24,000 nucleotides of DNA from an archaeon (GTDB taxonomy: Archaea > Micrarchaeota > Micrarchaeia > Micrarchaeales > CABMGC01): positions 2,485 to 26,484 of the forward strand of contig JBAMLI010000078.1 in the NCBI GenBank assembly GCA_039793645.1. Direction: 5' to 3'. The notes beneath the pieces were generated by a model. The model made no database searches and was not told the origin of the DNA. It saw only the letters and a program-made list of their open reading frames with translations. This document shows positions 21,427-24,000 of the stretch, piece after piece (the first letter of the stretch is position 1; the number at the start of each line of letters is the position of its first letter). Made by a program: the position numbers and the translations under genes.

Positions 21427-22560
21427 ATGAGGGCAATTGAAAATGTTCCAAGCGAGTTTGTTTCAGAAACAGTAACTTTTGATTACAAAGATCCAGTAAC
21501 AGAGGCGATTAGCAAGGTAAAGGACTATACAGCAGTTATAGTAAACAAGAATGATGAGTATTATGGGATTGTAGACGATAGGACGCTCATAAGAAAGGGA
21601 GCGATAAAGCTCAATAAAAAACAGTCAATAGGCAAGTTCGCGAAGAAGGTCCCAACTCTAGACAGATCGACTACAATAGAAAGGGCGATAATGTACTTTT
21701 ACTATGAAGGCGTGAAGGCTCTGCCATATTCTGATGAAGATAAAATAAAAGGAATTGTCAAGAGGACGGAGATACTTAAAGCCATTCTCTCCCTTCATCT
21801 GCTCTCAAAATATAAAGTGGAGAACGCTATGACTTCGCCAGTGATAGGAATTGATGCTGATGCAAATATAGCCCAAGCAAAGGCCGTTATGGCTAAAAAC
21901 AAGATAAACAGGCTTGTGGTAATAAAAAACGGGTCATTATACGGGCTCATAACATTCAGGGAGATAGTGGAGACATTTGCAAAAGCAACAGAGAGATCGC
22001 CTCAAAGGAGGAATTATTATTACACCCTTAGCAACACCCCAGTGAGCAGTGTATGCCAAAGGAGCGTGCTTGCTATAGAGCAAGAAAGCCCTCTTGAAGA
22101 TGCAATAAGGCTTATGGTAGAGAGGGGAATTTCTTCATTGGTAGTGACAAAGAACGACAAGCCTGTGGGCATTGTAACTGTGAGGGATGTCTTCGGCCTT
22201 ATAGTTTCTTTAAGCACAGAAGAAGAAAACAAAATAATAATCTCAGGCTTAGACGACTATACAAAAGAGTATGAGGAAGACATAAGGGCTGAGCTCAACG
22301 ACATGGTGAACAAGATAAACAGGTTCAGCAAAGTAAAAGTTGATTATGTCGCATTAAATGTAAAGAGGTCAAAGGTCAGGAACTATGAGATGCATGCCAA
22401 GGTGGTTTTGAAAAAAGGCGGTTCTGTGGCAGCTTCAGCCACGGGATACAGTATGAGCAGCGTGTTAAAAGAAATAATTAATAGGCTATACAATGAGGTG
22501 AAAGAAAAGAAGGAGCTTATCATCGCCCAGTTTAAGGGCAACAGTATTGTGGTATTATGA
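21427..22560 (+). CDS. Four-CBS-domain protein with C-terminal HPF/RaiA (S30AE)-like domain
   Basis: 377 aa. There are four CBS-like repeats (...YYGIVDDRTLIRK; ...IKGIVKRTEILKA; ...LYGLITFREIVE; ...PVGIVTVRDVFGLI). The C-terminal aa 269-362 resemble hibernation promoting factor (see findings). A TATA-like TTTAAATA lies 22 nt upstream of the ATG. The stop overlaps the next gene's ATG (ATGA). Confidence 0.8.
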   Translation: MRAIENVPSEFVSETVTFDYKDPVTEAISKVKDYTAVIVNKNDEYYGIVDDRTLIRKGAIKLNKKQSIGKFAKKVPTLDRSTTIERAIMYFYYEGVKALPYSDEDKIKGIVKRTEILKAILSLHLLSKYKVENAMTSPVIGIDADANIAQAKAVMAKNKINRLVVIKNGSLYGLITFREIVETFAKATERSPQRRNYYYTLSNTPVSSVCQRSVLAIEQESPLEDAIRLMVERGISSLVVTKNDKPVGIVTVRDVFGLIVSLSTEEENKIIISGLDDYTKEYEEDIRAELNDMVNKINRFSKVKVDYVALNVKRSKVRNYEMHAKVVLKKGGSVAASATGYSMSSVLKEIINRLYNEVKEKKELIIAQFKGNSIVVL

Positions 22561-23015
22561 AGGCCCAGTCCAGTTTCGAGCTTCTGATTACCCTTTCTTT
22601 CGGATTGGCTGTGCTCCTTCCCATTGTTGTGATTGCATTTATGCAGATAGCTAGTTCTAGCTCTTCACTCAGTGCAATAGAGTCGCAGCAGGCAGCTTCT
22701 AAAATCGCAAGCATAGCCTCTTTTGTAGGAAGCGAAGGCCCGCCTGCAAAGCAGGTTGTTCAGATACAAGTTCCTCCGGGAGTCCAATACATATATGTGG
22801 GTTCGCAAAGCGGCACTCCAGGGCATCTGATTATCTTTATGGTCAGGTCCCCTTCAGGGCTTAGCTCCGTAACAGCATACACGCCGGTAAATGTAAGTGG
22901 CAACTTAGGGGGCGTAAGTGCAACTGGCACGTATCTGATAAATGTTACAGCTATGGCTTCGTGCCCAACTGCGCCGAGCATGCCATGCGTTTATATTACA
23001 CCTTTAACAAAATAG
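22557..23015 (+). CDS. Type IV pilin-like protein with class III signal peptide
   Basis: 152 aa. MKA|QSSFELLITLSFGLAVLLPIVVIAF has Q-x-S-x-E plus a hydrophobic helix. It is a paralogue of the 51-434 product at the N-terminus. A C-terminal Cys pair is present (C136, C144). Confidence 0.7.
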   Translation: MKAQSSFELLITLSFGLAVLLPIVVIAFMQIASSSSSLSAIESQQAASKIASIASFVGSEGPPAKQVVQIQVPPGVQYIYVGSQSGTPGHLIIFMVRSPSGLSSVTAYTPVNVSGNLGGVSATGTYLINVTAMASCPTAPSMPCVYITPLTK

Positions 23016-23022
23016 TGTTTAA

Positions 23023-24000
23023 ATGAGGATTCAACTTTCGCTTGAGTTCCTTATAGTATTCTCCTTTGTGCTACTTGTTTTCATCTTCATGTTTGCACTT
23101 ATTTCTAATGAGAGGTCACTGGGGCTTGGAGACCAGACATTTTCGCAGCTGCAACTGCAAGCACAAAGCATAGCAAGTGCAATTGACTCTGCAGTACAGG
23201 CAGGCAACGGCTACTCTAGTTCAATTTCTATAGCGAGCCTTATAGGAATAGTACCATACAATGTGAGTATAACAAAGAATGGGGTGGTAATACTTCAAGC
23301 AAAGGTGGGGAAACAAATCGTTAAGGCTGTTGCATACAGCACAGCGAAGAATGTAGTTTCCAATTTAGCTTATTATTATCCCCAATCTAACCAGTATATA
23401 ATACCAATATCAAACGGCACCATGTATATACAAAATTCATTTGGCAATATATGCATAGATTACCAATGTGCAACCCAGAGCAACCAAGCAAAATCAATTT
23501 TCTTGTCAAGCCAAAGCGTTTATGCAGCTGAGTTCAGCGGCCCATGGTCAAGCACTAACTACAACTCTAAAAGCTTAATAAAAGCAAGTGCACCTATTTC
23601 AGGCACAAATTATCCTTTCACCTTAACGATGTGGATCAAAGCAAGCAATGTGCAGGATTTCAGCCATTCATGGACTACAGCTGTGTTCTCTTTTTCAGGA
23701 TACCAGGCTTTTGGGCTTCAGAACAATTGCTTGCCTAATACATGCTTAGTATTGCACAGGTGCTCATCTGCAGACACATCTAGTGGCGTCTTGCTTCCAT
23801 ATTCTATATTTAACAACAAATGGTATTTCATAGCTGTTTCTGTAAATTACCCAAATTATTATTGGCAGATAAACAACATAAGCTCTACAGATTCAAATTC
23901 AAATAGCTATAGCAGTTCAACGCCAGTTACTATAGGAACACAATTTGCACAATGCGATAGCAATGCATTTAATGGGAGTATAGCAAATGTCCAGGTTTAC
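23023..24000 (+). CDS. Large pilin-like protein with class III signal peptide and LamG/concanavalin-A-like lectin domain (3' partial, runs off the window)
   Basis: This ORF is not in the supplied track because it has no stop. I translated it by hand from the ATG at 23023: 326 codons, all open to nt 24000. The N-terminus is MRI|QLSLEFLIVFSFVLLVFIFMF. From about aa 165 it reads ...YPFTLTMWIKA...WTTAVFSF...NKWYFIAVSVN...YWQINN...PVTIGTQ...FNGSIANVQVY, the classic LamG (Laminin_G_3) pattern. Confidence 0.7.
   Translation, partial: MRIQLSLEFLIVFSFVLLVFIFMFALISNERSLGLGDQTFSQLQLQAQSIASAIDSAVQAGNGYSSSISIASLIGIVPYNVSITKNGVVILQAKVGKQIVKAVAYSTAKNVVSNLAYYYPQSNQYIIPISNGTMYIQNSFGNICIDYQCATQSNQAKSIFLSSQSVYAAEFSGPWSSTNYNSKSLIKASAPISGTNYPFTLTMWIKASNVQDFSHSWTTAVFSFSGYQAFGLQNNCLPNTCLVLHRCSSADTSSGVLLPYSIFNNKWYFIAVSVNYPNYYWQINNISSTDSNSNSYSSSTPVTIGTQFAQCDSNAFNGSIANVQVY

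Overview
This is an archaeal chromosomal segment. The calls supporting that are ribosomal proteins eS8 and eS26, archease, FtsZ, a two-domain protein disulfide oxidoreductase, Q-x-S-x-E class III signal peptides, TATA boxes about 22-27 nt upstream of starts (many transcripts look leaderless) and GGTG-type Shine-Dalgarno sites at internal operon genes. Coding density is high and I see no CRISPR array, transposase, integrase or obvious defence island. The small, tightly packed genes and heavy investment in surface appendages would fit a small-genome (possibly DPANN-like) archaeon, but the sequence alone cannot establish that.

Layout:
- 51-3476 (-): a five-gene type IV pilus-like operon (FlaI/PilB-family ATPase, two T2SS-F-like membrane proteins, two pilins), with a divergent wHTH gene.
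- 4036-6424: an FNR-like flavoprotein, then argF, an unknown 123-aa protein and rps8e in a tight minus-strand cluster.
- 6576-14055: rad50 without mre11, a PDO, ftsZ, polX and gdhA. gdhA is preceded in the same operon by an HTH protein and an odd RpiB-like protein.
- 15094-18190: rps26e, a B-box membrane protein, a hypothetical protein, tRNA-Ile and a His/Cys-loop membrane protein.
- 18187-20697 (-): an archaeosortase-like gene followed by a Nudix-UDG4 fusion.
- 20781-24000: archease, tRNA-Cys, then a CBSx4 protein whose stop overlaps the start of a second pilin cluster. That cluster includes a LamG-domain pilin-like protein running off the window, which was not in the ORF track and which I translated by hand.

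Best candidates for something undescribed, all hypotheses from reading the sequence by eye:
1. The CBSx4 protein has a C-terminal ~95 aa that aligns convincingly with bacterial HPF/RaiA ribosome-hibernation factors.
2. The 123-aa protein after rps8e ends in a ribosomal-stalk-like tail (DEGFGSIFG-COOH).
3. A catalytically degenerate RpiB-like protein carries a MinD-like C-terminal amphipathic helix.
4. The Nudix-UDG4 fusion lacks the Fe-S ligands and is co-transcribed with an archaeosortase that has an extra glycosylatable ectodomain.
5. There are two pilus loci, one with a LamG adhesin.
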